A stretch of 64,000 nt of DNA, taken from assembly GCA_964540145.1 (NCBI GenBank), contig CAZILS010000001.1:208724-272723 (forward strand), in the 5' to 3' direction. The position numbers and the translations under genes were made by a program. This DNA comes from an uncultured archaeon. Lineage in GTDB: Archaea > Iainarchaeota > Iainarchaeia > Iainarchaeales > CAZILS01. This document shows, piece after piece, positions 36,186 to 46,819 of the stretch; position 1 is the stretch's first letter; every line of letters begins with the position of its first letter. The notes below the pieces were generated by a model, which saw nothing but the letters and a program-made list of their open reading frames with translations, made no database searches and had not been told where the DNA came from.

Positions 36186-38345
36186 CTAAGCAACCCAGCT
36201 GTTTCCGGAAGCTGCTGCCGATGGCGAACCCCTTGCCGCCCTGAAAACCAGGTAAAGGAGGATAAGCGCAATCAGGGCAATTCCGAGGTTCACTGCATTG
36301 TCCTCCGCAACAACGAAAGCGGTTGCTGCCATGCTCCCTATTTGGCCAGGCAGGCTTTCGGGGCTCTGAGCCTCAGCTCCAACCGGAGCTGCGCTTCCTG
36401 CGCTCCTAATCATAAGAGGCAGCTCAACCACCCTATCGATGCCCTGCACAACTATGCTTGTTGAATAACCGCCAGCACTTGGGTTGGCAACATCCATCTC
36501 AAGCTCAAGGGTTTCCGTCTGCCCTGCCGAGATATTTTCTGTAACAGGGAGGATGCTCATCCCGTCCGGCAGGCCTTTCGCATATGCCCCGAATGTTTCG
36601 GTATAGCCGGTATGGTTTGTAACCGTAATCCTCACCTTTGCCCCATCGACAGCATCAACAACCGCCCCATAATTGCCTATTGTAAATGCAGGGGGCAAAA
36701 CAACAGCGGGAGAAACTCCCGTTATATTGACGTCTGTCTCAAGGCCTGCAATCGCGCAGCCCTGCGCAACAACCTTGTAGACTATTTTTCCCGGGGTTTT
36801 CGCATTCTCAAACGGAATTTCCCTTTCTGCGTAGGTTTCCGCATTAACCACTATCTTCCCGGGAACGTTCACATTCTCATCCAGCATGTAAATCTCAATT
36901 CCCGTATCCCTTGGGTTGTCGATTGTCACAATGAACGAACCGCTTTCTGTGTTAATCTCTTCAGGAACCTCTATCCTGACATCCCCGCACCCAACACTCA
37001 AATCCTTCTCAATGTAAACCAGGCTTTGTTCGATATCCAAAGCGCAGCCCCGGCCGCTCTCAAACTCCCCCTTAACCGCGAAGAAAACGCTGCCTTCCTT
37101 CTTCTCGTTGGTTGACTTTGCGCTAACCCTCACAGGAATTGCAGTTTCCTTGCCTGCCTTGACAACCGCACTTGCCGTAAGTAGCTGTGCCGTGAAATCC
37201 CCGCTGTAATCGTAAAGCTCCAAATCATCGGCATAGAAATCCTGCGCAGAGAGATTCTTTATGTAGAAGTTAACCTCCTCAATCCCGCCACTCTTTAGAT
37301 AAACATCCTCTACCTCGACCAAAACAGCTTCACAATTCCCATAGAACCTAGGCTCTGCTATTGGCGCTGCACCCGAACCTGCTCCTGCGCCGAGAACAGA
37401 TGAACTGCCCGCGCCTGCACCAAACCCTGCAATCTCCTCTATAACAACTTCAATATTTCCTTCATCTGAAACGCCCCCGCTCTGCGGTATGATGCTTATG
37501 CTCTTTGCAGAATAAGGCCCGGCATAAACAACAGGCGATGCTGGCGCAGCAGCAGCCTTTTTCAAAAACCCAACCGTAAACCTTGAAGTGCCGATATCGG
37601 AAGCAGAGCAGTCTGTGAAATCGGTGAACTCGCCGCTTATCTGAACGCTTCCATTCAACTCATCCTTCACTCCCTCCCCGAGAGAAAGTTCGTAGTAAAT
37701 ATATGCGTTCCCGTCCGCCGGAACATATGCCGGCTTCTTTACCTCAAGAACTTCATTGCCCATGCCCTCAATGTAAACCCTGACATTGTCAATCACAAAG
37801 TTCTTCGAAGAGTTGTTGTGAACAAGGGTTTGCCCCCAGCCCGTATCCCCCCCCTCGGCCGTGATGTTCCATGTTTCCATCCGGACATCGCCGCAGCTTG
37901 CCTCCTGCGGATATGTGTAGGGGATGTATCCTCCAACAACATCGCTTATGTGCGGAGGGAAGTTCGTTACCTGGTCGTAGTAAGAGTAATAATGCCAGTC
38001 CTTATACCATCCGGGGCTGTAAGTCCAAACACTGTCGTGGTAGAAATATCCCGGCCCATAGTAACCGTAGGCACTTGGGGTGTAAGACCAATCAGGATAG
38101 AAATTATACCAACCCGGTTCATAATAATTCCAGCCGCCCCCATAATAGTAGCGGTAAGGCTCCTCAAAGAAATACCAGTTGTTATAATAGTAGCTGTACG
38201 GCTGCGGGCTGTACACCCACTGGTTGCCGTAGTAAACCTCAATTTGTGCATCCTGCCCCGCAAGGCTAACATGCCAGGCAGCGCTTACGCCTGAAGCCAT
38301 GACCATGGCAGCCAATACAATCAGGACCAGTTTCTTCCCCCACAT
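36186..38345 (-). CDS. 719-aa surface (S-layer/cell-envelope candidate) protein: signal peptide, Tyr/Trp-rich segment, beta-rich repeats, C-terminal TM anchor
   Basis: N-terminal MWGKKLVLIVLAAMVMASGVSA signal. Residues ~38-125 are dominated by Y/W/F/P/G. C-terminal LGIALIALILLYLVF followed by RAARG. TTTAAATA box (38371-38378) sits ~25 nt upstream of the ATG, suggesting a leaderless transcript. Confidence 0.7.
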   Translation of the reverse strand: MWGKKLVLIVLAAMVMASGVSAAWHVSLAGQDAQIEVYYGNQWVYSPQPYSYYYNNWYFFEEPYRYYYGGGWNYYEPGWYNFYPDWSYTPSAYGYYGPGYFYHDSVWTYSPGWYKDWHYYSYYDQVTNFPPHISDVVGGYIPYTYPQEASCGDVRMETWNITAEGGDTGWGQTLVHNNSSKNFVIDNVRVYIEGMGNEVLEVKKPAYVPADGNAYIYYELSLGEGVKDELNGSVQISGEFTDFTDCSASDIGTSRFTVGFLKKAAAAPASPVVYAGPYSAKSISIIPQSGGVSDEGNIEVVIEEIAGFGAGAGSSSVLGAGAGSGAAPIAEPRFYGNCEAVLVEVEDVYLKSGGIEEVNFYIKNLSAQDFYADDLELYDYSGDFTAQLLTASAVVKAGKETAIPVRVSAKSTNEKKEGSVFFAVKGEFESGRGCALDIEQSLVYIEKDLSVGCGDVRIEVPEEINTESGSFIVTIDNPRDTGIEIYMLDENVNVPGKIVVNAETYAEREIPFENAKTPGKIVYKVVAQGCAIAGLETDVNITGVSPAVVLPPAFTIGNYGAVVDAVDGAKVRITVTNHTGYTETFGAYAKGLPDGMSILPVTENISAGQTETLELEMDVANPSAGGYSTSIVVQGIDRVVELPLMIRSAGSAAPVGAEAQSPESLPGQIGSMAATAFVVAEDNAVNLGIALIALILLYLVFRAARGSPSAAASGNSWVA

Positions 38346-38484
38346 CCTGTATTAATTGCTGCTCAACAGGTATTTAAATGTTTCCTTTGTAACCGTAATT
38401 AGTTAATAACCCCTTCCAAGAGCTTCACAACCCTGTTCAATACACTTTTAAGGACTTAGGCAATTCCTTTTTGGGGCTGCCGAG

Positions 38485-40074
38485 ATGAAGATACTGATTA
38501 CCGAGGAAATCTCCCCAAAAGCCATAGATTTGCTAAAATCCAAGGGTTTCCGGGCAGACCTGAAGCTCAAGCTTCCGAAGGAGGAGCTCTACTCAATCCT
38601 GCCCGATTATGAGGGGATAATAACTCGCTCAGGAACCCCGGTTGACAAGGCAGTACTCGATGCGGGAACCTCCCTGAAAATAGTTGTAAGGGCCGGGGTG
38701 GGGGTTGATAACGTTGATATTAACTATGCCACCAAGAAGGGAATTGTTGTTGCGAACGTCCCTGCAGGAAACACAATAAGCGCTGCCGAGCATACAATAG
38801 GCCTGCTACTCGGAATCTCAAGGAAGATCCCCGAGTCAAACACAAACCTAAAGGGCGGGGAGTGGGAGAGAAAGAAGTATATGGGCACCGAACTCAACGG
38901 AAAAACTTTGGGGGTTATAGGCTTTGGAAGGGTGGGAAGCCACGTAGGAAAGATTGGCCTTGCTTTTGACATGAAGGTTCTTGCTTATGACCCATACATC
39001 CCCGAGAATAAAATTTATGATGTCGGCGCGCTTCCCGTGAAGGGCCTCGGCAAAATGCTGAAAGAAATTGACATCCTCACAGTCCACACTCCCCTGACAG
39101 ATGAAACCAAGAACATGATTGCCAAAAAGGAAATCGCAAAGATGAAAGACGGCGTTATCATAGTCAACTGCGCCCGTGGGGGAATAATAAATGAGAAGGA
39201 TTGGTTGGAAGCTTTGAACTCGGGCAAGGTTGCGGGAGCTGCCTGCGATGTCTGGACAGAGGAGCCTCCCGCAAGCAGCCGGATGAAGGAGCTTGTCACC
39301 CATGAGAGGATGGTTGTTACCCCGCACATCGGCGCGAACACAAAAGAGGCGCAGGCAAAGGTGGGCCTGACCGCAGCCGAGCAGATTATTAAGTTTGAAA
39401 AAGGGGATATTCCCGACACAGCACTAAACATGGCGATGTTCGAGGCAGACCTCTTGAATAAACTCAGGGGCTTCATACCACTCTGCGAGATTTTGGGAAA
39501 TTTTGCCATACAGTTATGCGACAACAATCCCGATGGCCTTGAGATTGAGTACAGGGGGGAGCTTGCCCAGAACGAGGACCTTTCTTTGCTCACCTCAAAT
39601 GTGATTAAGGGAATCATTTCCAAAATAAGCGACCGCGATGTGAATATGGTGAATGCGAAGCTCATGGCAGAGGAGATGGGTTTGGCTGTCAAGGAATCAA
39701 AGGCAGGGCAGAGCACAACCTACAAGAACAAAGTTAAGGTGGGAATTGTTTCGGGGAGCAAAACAAAGAGCGTTATAGGAACACTGTTCGGGGAGCAGCC
39801 AAGGATAGTTGGCATGAGGAACTTCGACATTGACTTTTTCCCCAAAGGGAACATCCTCATAGCGAGCTACCCCGACAAGCCGGGAATAGTCGGAAAGATG
39901 GGAACCATCCTCGGGAAGAAAGAAATAAACATTGAGGCAATGAGTTTAGGAAATGCCAATGAGGAGAATGAAGCTCTTGTTGTCTTTACCCTGAACAAGG
40001 AAGTCCCTTCCGAGATGCAGAAAGAAATTGCCAAGGAAATTGGCGCAAGCTTCATCAAGGCAGTTAAAATATAG
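38485..40074 (+). CDS. serA: D-3-phosphoglycerate dehydrogenase with C-terminal ACT domain
   Basis: GVIGFGRVGSHVG Rossmann motif, 2-hydroxyacid dehydrogenase signatures (VHTPLT, CARGG, TPHIGA). 529 aa long form. Confidence 0.88.
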   Translation: MKILITEEISPKAIDLLKSKGFRADLKLKLPKEELYSILPDYEGIITRSGTPVDKAVLDAGTSLKIVVRAGVGVDNVDINYATKKGIVVANVPAGNTISAAEHTIGLLLGISRKIPESNTNLKGGEWERKKYMGTELNGKTLGVIGFGRVGSHVGKIGLAFDMKVLAYDPYIPENKIYDVGALPVKGLGKMLKEIDILTVHTPLTDETKNMIAKKEIAKMKDGVIIVNCARGGIINEKDWLEALNSGKVAGAACDVWTEEPPASSRMKELVTHERMVVTPHIGANTKEAQAKVGLTAAEQIIKFEKGDIPDTALNMAMFEADLLNKLRGFIPLCEILGNFAIQLCDNNPDGLEIEYRGELAQNEDLSLLTSNVIKGIISKISDRDVNMVNAKLMAEEMGLAVKESKAGQSTTYKNKVKVGIVSGSKTKSVIGTLFGEQPRIVGMRNFDIDFFPKGNILIASYPDKPGIVGKMGTILGKKEINIEAMSLGNANEENEALVVFTLNKEVPSEMQKEIAKEIGASFIKAVKI

Positions 40075-40113
40075 TCGGCCTTTGATACTAATCAGCGGCT
40101 TAACCTGCAAAAC
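40075..40113. repeat. copy 1 of a 39-bp direct repeat (2 mismatches; exact core 40078-40109) duplicating the 3' end of rtcB
   Basis: tcGGCCTTTGATACTAATCAGCGGCTTAACCTGCAAaac compared with 40178-40216. Confidence 0.9.
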
Positions 40114-40177
40114 GGTTTCGTCCGTTTGCACCGAGATATGTGTTCCATCTTCACTCCGTTCGATGGAACGGTAATAT

Positions 40178-40216
40178 TCAGCCTTTGATACTAATCAGCG
40201 GCTTAACCTGCACAAC
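40178..40216. repeat. copy 2 of the 39-bp direct repeat (exact core 40181-40212); this is the genuine rtcB stop plus its last 12 codons
   Basis: tcAGCCTTTGATACTAATCAGCGGCTTAACCTGCACaac; encodes ...VQVKPLISIKG* on the minus strand. Confidence 0.9.
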
Positions 40217-41626
40217 CTTCTTCACTATGCCTGCGTTGTGCATAACATCAACAACGCTGACAACATCTTTGTAGGCCCCGGGAGCCTCCTCGGCTATCCC
40301 CTTGAAGCCATGCCCCTTCACAATAATTCCCTTATCCTTAAGCTCCTCGACTATATCTTCCGCCCTCCAGCTTTTGGTTGCCTTGACCCTGCTCATTTTC
40401 CTTCCCGCGCCATGGATTGCACTGCCGAAGGTCTCTTCCATCCCTTTTTCGGTTCCTGCAAGAACATAGCTCGAGGTGCCCATAGTCCCCCCCACAAGGA
40501 TAGGCTGCCCCACCTTTCTGTATGCTTCGGGCACCTCTTTCCTCCCTGGACCAAACCCTCTCGTAGAGCCTTTCCTGTGCACAAGCACCTCTTTCTTTTT
40601 GCCATCTATTTTGTGCTTTTCCTTCTTCACAGTGTTATGCCCCACCTCGTAAACTGTCTTCATCTCCTTTTCCCCGAGGCCCATAACTTCCGTAAATGCT
40701 TTCCTCGTCAAATGCGCAATAGCCTGCCTGTTCGCAAACGCCCCATTTATCCCTGCGCAAACCGCACTGAAATATTTCTGCCCTTCCTCGCTGCCAATAG
40801 GCGCGCAGACCAGCTCCCTGTCCTTTATAGGTATTTTATATTTCCTCGTTGCAGTATCCAGCTCCTTCAAATAATCGGTTCCTATCTGGTGTCCCAAACC
40901 GCGGGAACCGCAATGCAAAGAAACCAAAACCTGCCCTTCGCTTAAACCATAAGCCCTTGCCGCCTGTTCGTCGTACACCTCCGAAACATACTGCACCTCG
41001 AGGTAGTGGTTCCCGCTTCCCAAAGTTCCAACCTGCTTGTGCTCCCTCTGTTTCGCCTTCTCACTCACCGCTCCGGGGTCAGCTCCTTCCATTCTTCCGT
41101 TTTCCTCGATGAACTCAAGGTCTTCCCTGAATCCATACCCTTGATTCACGGAAAATTCAGCCCCCTGCACAAGAACCTCGTCAACCTCGGCTGAATTGAT
41201 TTTAATATCTCCGGTGCTCCCCAGGCCGGCGGGAACATTCCTGAAAAGCGAATCAGCCAGCTTCTCCTGCACCTTGACAACATCCTCCTTCTTCAAAGGT
41301 GTGCTCAAAGTCCTCACCCCGCAATTAATATCAAATCCCACAGCGCCGAAGGTAATAACTCCTTGTTCCATGCCCATGGCGACAACCCCCCCTATTGGGG
41401 CGCCGTAGCCCGGATGGACATCTGCCAATGCGAGAGAATACTTCTGCAAGCCGGGAAGGCACGCCACATTCCTTATCTGCTTCAGCGCAGACCAGCCCCC
41501 GCTCTCCTCTTCTTCCTTAAGCTGCCCAATTATCTCGGAATCTGCGTAAACCCTGCCCGGGAGCTTCATGTCCCCTTCCTTGGGCACTTCCCATACGTAT
41601 TCGCTTATCTTCTTCAGCCCGGCCAT
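40178..41626 (-). CDS. rtcB: RNA-splicing ligase RtcB
   Basis: DVHPGYG.PIGGV, GFDINCGVR, GTLGSGNHY.E, HCGSRG.GHQ, HNAG motifs. 482 aa, no intein. Confidence 0.93.
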   Translation of the reverse strand: MAGLKKISEYVWEVPKEGDMKLPGRVYADSEIIGQLKEEEESGGWSALKQIRNVACLPGLQKYSLALADVHPGYGAPIGGVVAMGMEQGVITFGAVGFDINCGVRTLSTPLKKEDVVKVQEKLADSLFRNVPAGLGSTGDIKINSAEVDEVLVQGAEFSVNQGYGFREDLEFIEENGRMEGADPGAVSEKAKQREHKQVGTLGSGNHYLEVQYVSEVYDEQAARAYGLSEGQVLVSLHCGSRGLGHQIGTDYLKELDTATRKYKIPIKDRELVCAPIGSEEGQKYFSAVCAGINGAFANRQAIAHLTRKAFTEVMGLGEKEMKTVYEVGHNTVKKEKHKIDGKKKEVLVHRKGSTRGFGPGRKEVPEAYRKVGQPILVGGTMGTSSYVLAGTEKGMEETFGSAIHGAGRKMSRVKATKSWRAEDIVEELKDKGIIVKGHGFKGIAEEAPGAYKDVVSVVDVMHNAGIVKKVVQVKPLISIKG

Positions 41627-41674
41627 ACAATCAGCACTATATATGTTTAAGTTCTTAAAAATACCTTTTTTTGC

Positions 41675-42097
41675 CTAAACATCAACAATGCACTCTGCGG
41701 CCCAGTGCCCGTCAATCTTCTCCACCTTAAGGCCCGAATATGTCGCTGCTTTCACCTCGACCTTGACATTCTGCTTGGCAAGGTCTATCTTATCGCCTTT
41801 CACAGTTCCTTTGAGAATAAATTTGCCGTTCTCCTCGCCTATGCTCCCAACCTCAAATTCCGAGAAGAACATCTCCTTGCGGTCCTTCAAATAAAGGAGC
41901 TCATTTAACCATTCAACCAAAAGCCCCTCCAAATCATTCCCCTCGGTTTCAACTTCAACCGCTTCCAGAGCCTTCACACTCTCAAGCTCCAGCATAACCT
42001 CGAACATCGCCTTCGCACACTCCGCAAACGCTTCTTCCCTGCTCCTACCTATCCCCCTCACTCCCATATCCGCCTTGTGCTCGAAGGTTTCATGCAT
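41675..42097 (-). CDS. archease (RtcB activator)
   Basis: MHETFEHKADMGVRGIG...EAF...A.AM motif, immediately upstream of rtcB. The track start 42214 is TTG; ATG at 42097 (or 42133). TTTATA box on the minus strand near 42182-42189. Confidence 0.85.
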   Translation of the reverse strand: MHETFEHKADMGVRGIGRSREEAFAECAKAMFEVMLELESVKALEAVEVETEGNDLEGLLVEWLNELLYLKDRKEMFFSEFEVGSIGEENGKFILKGTVKGDKIDLAKQNVKVEVKAATYSGLKVEKIDGHWAAECIVDV

Positions 42098-42220
42098 ATT
42101 GCCCACTTCCGTTTCTTCCGCCCCTTTGGGCATCAAAGTGCTCGTGCATTTTATCCTCTCCCGAAATAAGGGCTTTTGGGGTATAAATAGTTTCCTTCGC
42201 CCAAGGGCGTTCAAAAGCAG

Positions 42221-42526
42221 CTACTTGAGTTCTATTTCAACATGCACATTTTCGGGTATTTCAACCCTCATAATCCTTCTCAAAGTGCGTTCATCGCTCT
42301 CGATGTCTATGAGCCTTTTGTGTATGCGCATCTGCCAATGATCATAACTTTCGGTTCCGCCCCCGCCCGGAGACTTCCTTGTTGGCACAATTAGTTTTTT
42401 AGTGGGCAGGGGAATACCGCCAGAATGCTTTACGCCTGTCCTGTCAGCTAATTCGATAATCGTGCCGCAAATCTCTTCCAGCCTGGTATAATCCGGGCTT
42501 GTCAGTTTTATTCTGGCTTTTTGCAT
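42221..42526 (-). CDS. rps10: ribosomal protein uS10
   Basis: KARIKL.S.D...L...C..I...A.RTG....G.IPLPTK; H.RLIDI. Confidence 0.9.
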   Translation of the reverse strand: MQKARIKLTSPDYTRLEEICGTIIELADRTGVKHSGGIPLPTKKLIVPTRKSPGGGGTESYDHWQMRIHKRLIDIESDERTLRRIMRVEIPENVHVEIELK

Positions 42527-42545
42527 CCTCCATCACCTAATAAAC

Positions 42546-42617
42546 GAAAAACATTGGAGGGAAGAAGCAATAACAGCATTGCTTCCCCTTTACTGTTTAA
42601 CCTGTTCCCAAAAACAT
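42546..42617 (-). terminator. putative terminator/processing region between tuf and rps10
   Basis: 8-bp hairpin GAAGCAAT-N6-ATTGCTTC (42564-42585), flanked on both sides by AATGTTTTT (T5 tracts) on the minus strand. Confidence 0.35.
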
Positions 42618-43883
42618 TTACTTCTTTGGGGTCACGCTGATAATCATGCCAGCCGCAACCGTCTGTCCCATATCCCTGATTGCAAACCTGCCGAGCTGCG
42701 GGAACTTCTTGTATTCCTCGGCAACAACAGGCTGGGTTGGCACTATCTTAACAATAGCGGCATCCCCTGTCTTCAGGAATTTGGGATTGTCTTCAACCTT
42801 CTGCCCGGTCTTAGGATCGAGCTTTTGCTGTATCTCTGCCAATGTACAGCTGAGCTGCGCAGTGTGCAGGTGGAAAACAGGCGTGTAGTTCACCGGAATT
42901 GCGGTAGGGTGTGACAGCACAACAATCTGCGCCGTGAAGTCCTTTGCAACTGTTGGCGGGTCGGTTGTGTGCCCTATGACGTCTCCCCTCTGGGCATCTT
43001 TCTTTTCTATGCCCCTGAGGTTAAACCCAACGTTGTCCCCGGGCCTTGCCTCGGGCAACTGCTCGTGGTGCATTTCAACGGTCTTGACCTCGCCGGTTGC
43101 GCCTGAAGGCTCCACGATAATCTTGTCGCCGGGCTTCATTATGCCTGTCTCAACCCTTCCGACAGGAACCATTCCCACACCTTTGATGTTGTATACATCC
43201 TGGATAGGGAGCCTGAGTGCCTTGTCAACCGGGGGGTCGGGAGCCTTGAAGTTGTCCGCTGTCGCAACGAGGGTATCGCCCTTGTACCAGGCCATATTCT
43301 CGGACTTCTTCGCGACATTGTCTCCCTGCCACGCAGATATAGGTATGAAGTGAACCTCTCCCTTATATCCGATGCTTGCGAGGAGCTTCTCCATCTCAGT
43401 CTTTACTTCATTAAAGCGCTTTTCATCGTACTGGATCTCATCCATCTTGTTAATCCCGATAATGAGCTGCCTAATTCCCATAACCTGGGAAAGGAAAGCG
43501 TGCTCCTTTGTCTGGGGCTGGATTCCTTCCTTTGCGGCAACAACCAAGACAGCCGCATCAGCCTGGCTAGTGCCTGTAATCATGTTTTTGACGAAGTCCC
43601 TGTGTCCCGGGGCATCAATTATAGTGAACTCGTTCTTTTGCCCCATGAACTTCTTGTATGCGACGTCAATGGTCACGCCTCTTTCTCTTTCTTCCTTGAG
43701 GTTGTCCATCGCGTATGCAAATGCGAAAGTACCCTTGCCCTTTGACTCGGCTTCCTCCTTAAGCTTCCTGTATTCCTGCTCGCTGAGAGAGCCTGTATCG
43801 TAGAGCAATCTGCCTACCAATGTCGACTTACCGTGGTCGACGTGGCCTATAAAGACCAAATTAAGGTGTGGTTTTTCTGCCAT
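42618..43883 (-). CDS. tuf: translation elongation factor aEF-1 alpha
   Basis: [39 protein letters not shown] at 43883; the track ORF is extended to 43940. Confidence 0.95.
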   Translation of the reverse strand: MAEKPHLNLVFIGHVDHGKSTLVGRLLYDTGSLSEQEYRKLKEEAESKGKGTFAFAYAMDNLKEERERGVTIDVAYKKFMGQKNEFTIIDAPGHRDFVKNMITGTSQADAAVLVVAAKEGIQPQTKEHAFLSQVMGIRQLIIGINKMDEIQYDEKRFNEVKTEMEKLLASIGYKGEVHFIPISAWQGDNVAKKSENMAWYKGDTLVATADNFKAPDPPVDKALRLPIQDVYNIKGVGMVPVGRVETGIMKPGDKIIVEPSGATGEVKTVEMHHEQLPEARPGDNVGFNLRGIEKKDAQRGDVIGHTTDPPTVAKDFTAQIVVLSHPTAIPVNYTPVFHLHTAQLSCTLAEIQQKLDPKTGQKVEDNPKFLKTGDAAIVKIVPTQPVVAEEYKKFPQLGRFAIRDMGQTVAAGMIISVTPKK

Positions 43884-44005
43884 ATTATCACATCTCCAAA
43901 TTAAGTATATTATTGCTAATAACTGCAATACTGCTGCCAAAACAGCAATATTTAATAGGATATCAAAGGGTTTATAAGCCTTGATGGTGGCCTTTGCTCC
44001 CCTTA

Positions 44006-46213
44006 TTATGCCTCGTCCATGAAGAAACTGGCTGGCTTTGGTTCAGGATCCATCCCTTTCCTCTGCCTGACCTCCTTTACAACATTCTGCTGCAATTCCC
44101 TTGGAAGCAGCTCATAACCCGAATATTCCGCTGTCCAGATTGCCCTTCCCTGGGTGGCGGACCTGATTGCCTGGGAAAACCCGATAAGTTCCTTGACAGG
44201 CGCCTTTGAAACAATGATGTTAGTATCCCCTTCAGTCCTCATCTCTATAATCTGCGCCCTTCGTGCATTGAGTTCCTTACTCACCCCGCCCATATAATCC
44301 TGCGCACAAGTTATTGTAAGTATCTGCTTCGGCTCATACAGCACAGGGTCCGCACTTAACATGGTTGCGTAAACGCCCCTTGTGATTGCGGGCAACACCT
44401 GGGCAGGGCCCCTGTGGATAGAGTCCTCATGCAGCCTCGCATCCTCCAAATAAATTATAACTCCAAAGCCCTTTTCTTTAGCCAATGGTCCTTCGGTTGT
44501 CGCATCCGTGAAACCCTGAATAACAAGCTCCCTTATCTCGTGCAAAGCCTGTATCCCTCTTGTAGTATCAATAAGAACACAGTTATTGTTCACCGCCCAA
44601 ATTTTCTTGGAAGTGTCAACATCAAATCCCATTTCCTGGAACTTCGCCACCATTTCCTTGTCCTTTGGCTTAATCTTGCCGCTGAGCTTTGCCTCAATAA
44701 GCCCCTCAAGTATTTCCGGGGGAAGGGCGCCTGCCCTCATCTTGAAATGGTTGTGCTTGTTCGGGCTTTTTGTAAGCACAGTCGGGCTGGTCTTAGTAAT
44801 TGCCTCCCTGTAAACAACGATAGGCGCACTGACCTCGACAGGAACCTTGTGGTCGTGCTCAATCCTGTGCTGGGTAACCTCCAAGTGAAGCTCCCCCATC
44901 CCCGAGATTAGGTGTTCCCCGGTCTCCTGATTTATGGTTGCAACAACGTTAGGGTCTTCCTTGGTTATTTGCCTAAGCACCTCAATCAATTTCGGCAAAT
45001 CCTTTGTGCTCTTCGCCTCAACCGAAACAGTCATGACAGGCTCGGCAGTCGACATGAAACTCTCGAAAGATTTTATATCCCCTGTGCTGAGAGTTTCCCC
45101 CGCAAAGACATCCTTCATGCCGACAATTGCGGCGATGTTTCCCGCAGGAACCTCCTCAAGAGGAACTCTGTCGGGGCCCATGTAAACCCCGACCTGCTGT
45201 ATGTTCAATGCCTTTTGGGTTCCCATGCCCTTAACTACCATGCCCCTCTTTATCGTTCCCGAGTAAACCCTCCCTGTCGCAATGTCTCCCGCATGCGGGT
45301 CAACACTTACATCCGTAACCATCATTGCGAACTGCCCCTTTGCATCGCATGCAGCCATTGATTTCCCAACTTCGCTTTCAGGGTCTCCCTTCCATATGAC
45401 CGGGGCCCTATATTTCTGCGCCTTTATGGGGTCCGGCAAATGCGTTATAACCATCTCAAGCAAAGCTGCGGCCAAAGGGCTTTTGTCGCTCAGCTCCTTC
45501 TGCTTGTCATTTTTACAGTAATCGAAAACATCCTTGAAGGTTATTCCTGTTGCGGTCATCATAGGTGCGCTTACCGCCCACTTGTAGTAAGCGGAGCCAA
45601 ATGAAACACTTCCGTCCTCAACCTTCACAGTCCACTCGTCCTTCTTGCTTTCGGGACAGTTTTTCTTTATCAGGGAATTAACTCCGGCAATAGTTTTCAC
45701 AAATCTTTCCTGCATCTGTTCGGCTGTCAGCTGCAGTTCGTTAATCAGCCTGTCGGATTTATTGATGAAAAGCACAGGCTTCACATTCTCCTTCAACGCC
45801 TGCCTCACAACAGTCTCTGTCTGGGGCATAACCCCCTCGACAGAATCAACAACAATAATGCATCCGTCAACAGCCCTCATCGCCCTGATAACGTCTCCGC
45901 CAAAGTCAATGTGCCCCGGCGTGTCAATAACATTAATCAGGTGATTTGCCCCCTTGTAATCATAGACAAGGGAGATGTTCGCTGCGTTAATCGTAATTCC
46001 TCGTTCCTGCTCGAGCTCATACCAGTCCATGAATCTCTGTTTCCCGGCAAGCTCTTCCGAGATAAGGCCCGATGCGGCAACCAAACTGTCCGTCAAAGTA
46101 GTTTTTCCGTGGTCAATGTGCGCAACTATTCCGATATTCCTTATGTTTTCCCTGTTCGCCATCAGTTCCTGTGCAATCTTAACTACGTCTTCCTTTCTTG
46201 CCAAAAAAACCAC
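44006..46213 (-). CDS. fusA: translation elongation factor aEF-2
   Basis: [32 protein letters not shown]. The diphthamide-loop region contains H.RGPAQ. GTG start. Confidence 0.95.
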   Translation of the reverse strand: MVFLARKEDVVKIAQELMANRENIRNIGIVAHIDHGKTTLTDSLVAASGLISEELAGKQRFMDWYELEQERGITINAANISLVYDYKGANHLINVIDTPGHIDFGGDVIRAMRAVDGCIIVVDSVEGVMPQTETVVRQALKENVKPVLFINKSDRLINELQLTAEQMQERFVKTIAGVNSLIKKNCPESKKDEWTVKVEDGSVSFGSAYYKWAVSAPMMTATGITFKDVFDYCKNDKQKELSDKSPLAAALLEMVITHLPDPIKAQKYRAPVIWKGDPESEVGKSMAACDAKGQFAMMVTDVSVDPHAGDIATGRVYSGTIKRGMVVKGMGTQKALNIQQVGVYMGPDRVPLEEVPAGNIAAIVGMKDVFAGETLSTGDIKSFESFMSTAEPVMTVSVEAKSTKDLPKLIEVLRQITKEDPNVVATINQETGEHLISGMGELHLEVTQHRIEHDHKVPVEVSAPIVVYREAITKTSPTVLTKSPNKHNHFKMRAGALPPEILEGLIEAKLSGKIKPKDKEMVAKFQEMGFDVDTSKKIWAVNNNCVLIDTTRGIQALHEIRELVIQGFTDATTEGPLAKEKGFGVIIYLEDARLHEDSIHRGPAQVLPAITRGVYATMLSADPVLYEPKQILTITCAQDYMGGVSKELNARRAQIIEMRTEGDTNIIVSKAPVKELIGFSQAIRSATQGRAIWTAEYSGYELLPRELQQNVVKEVRQRKGMDPEPKPASFFMDEA

Positions 46214-46214
46214 C

Positions 46215-46814
46215 CTACCTTGAACTTTTTGCTATCCTCTCTACTTCGTCCTTTCTCTTCACCGAGAAGCTGGAAGGGTCGCCCTTTGATGCAAGGATAA
46301 GCTCCTTGGCAAGTGCCTCCTCGGCGCTTGTCGGGTTGTTAAAAGAGGAGGAAAATGCGGCAAGCGCAATGTTCTTCACTGCCTCATCTATCCTCCTTGT
46401 CGGAGCAACGTCAACCGCAACAGTGTATGAAACACCGCCCCTCTTAATCCTTGTTATGTCTTCTCGCGGGGCGGAGTTCTCAATTGCCTTCACCAGAACC
46501 TGTATGGGGTTTTCCTTTGTTTCCTTCTCAACAATCTCAAATGCGTCCTCAATAATTTGCATGGCCTGGGTTTTCTTGCCGCAGCTCTTTCTTCCCCTGA
46601 TGTACTTTCCGCTTAGCTTTCTCTTTCCCTGGCCCGACCTCATAACCTTGTTGACAAGCCTTTCGATTACGCTTAGCTCTTCCTTGCCAAATCTCTTGCC
46701 TGCGCTCCTGCCAAATGTGTGGGGAATCAACCCTGAATCAAGGTTAAGGTGGTTTGAGAGGCTCACATCGGCCATAAGCACGCTTTCGCTTTCCCACTTT
46801 CCAAAAACATCCAT
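46215..46814 (-). CDS. rps7: ribosomal protein uS7
   Basis: ERLVNK.MR......GKK..A..I...AF.I; conserved str-operon position. Confidence 0.9.
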   Translation of the reverse strand: MDVFGKWESESVLMADVSLSNHLNLDSGLIPHTFGRSAGKRFGKEELSVIERLVNKVMRSGQGKRKLSGKYIRGRKSCGKKTQAMQIIEDAFEIVEKETKENPIQVLVKAIENSAPREDITRIKRGGVSYTVAVDVAPTRRIDEAVKNIALAAFSSSFNNPTSAEEALAKELILASKGDPSSFSVKRKDEVERIAKSSR

Positions 46815-46819
46815 GATAA

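Noticed and set aside
39946-40131. 61-aa minus-strand ORF containing a second ..LQVKPLISIKG.. peptide.
   Set aside because: It exists only because the duplicated rtcB tail has CGA instead of TGA. It then reads antisense into the serA 3' end. It is treated as a by-product of the repeat, not a gene.
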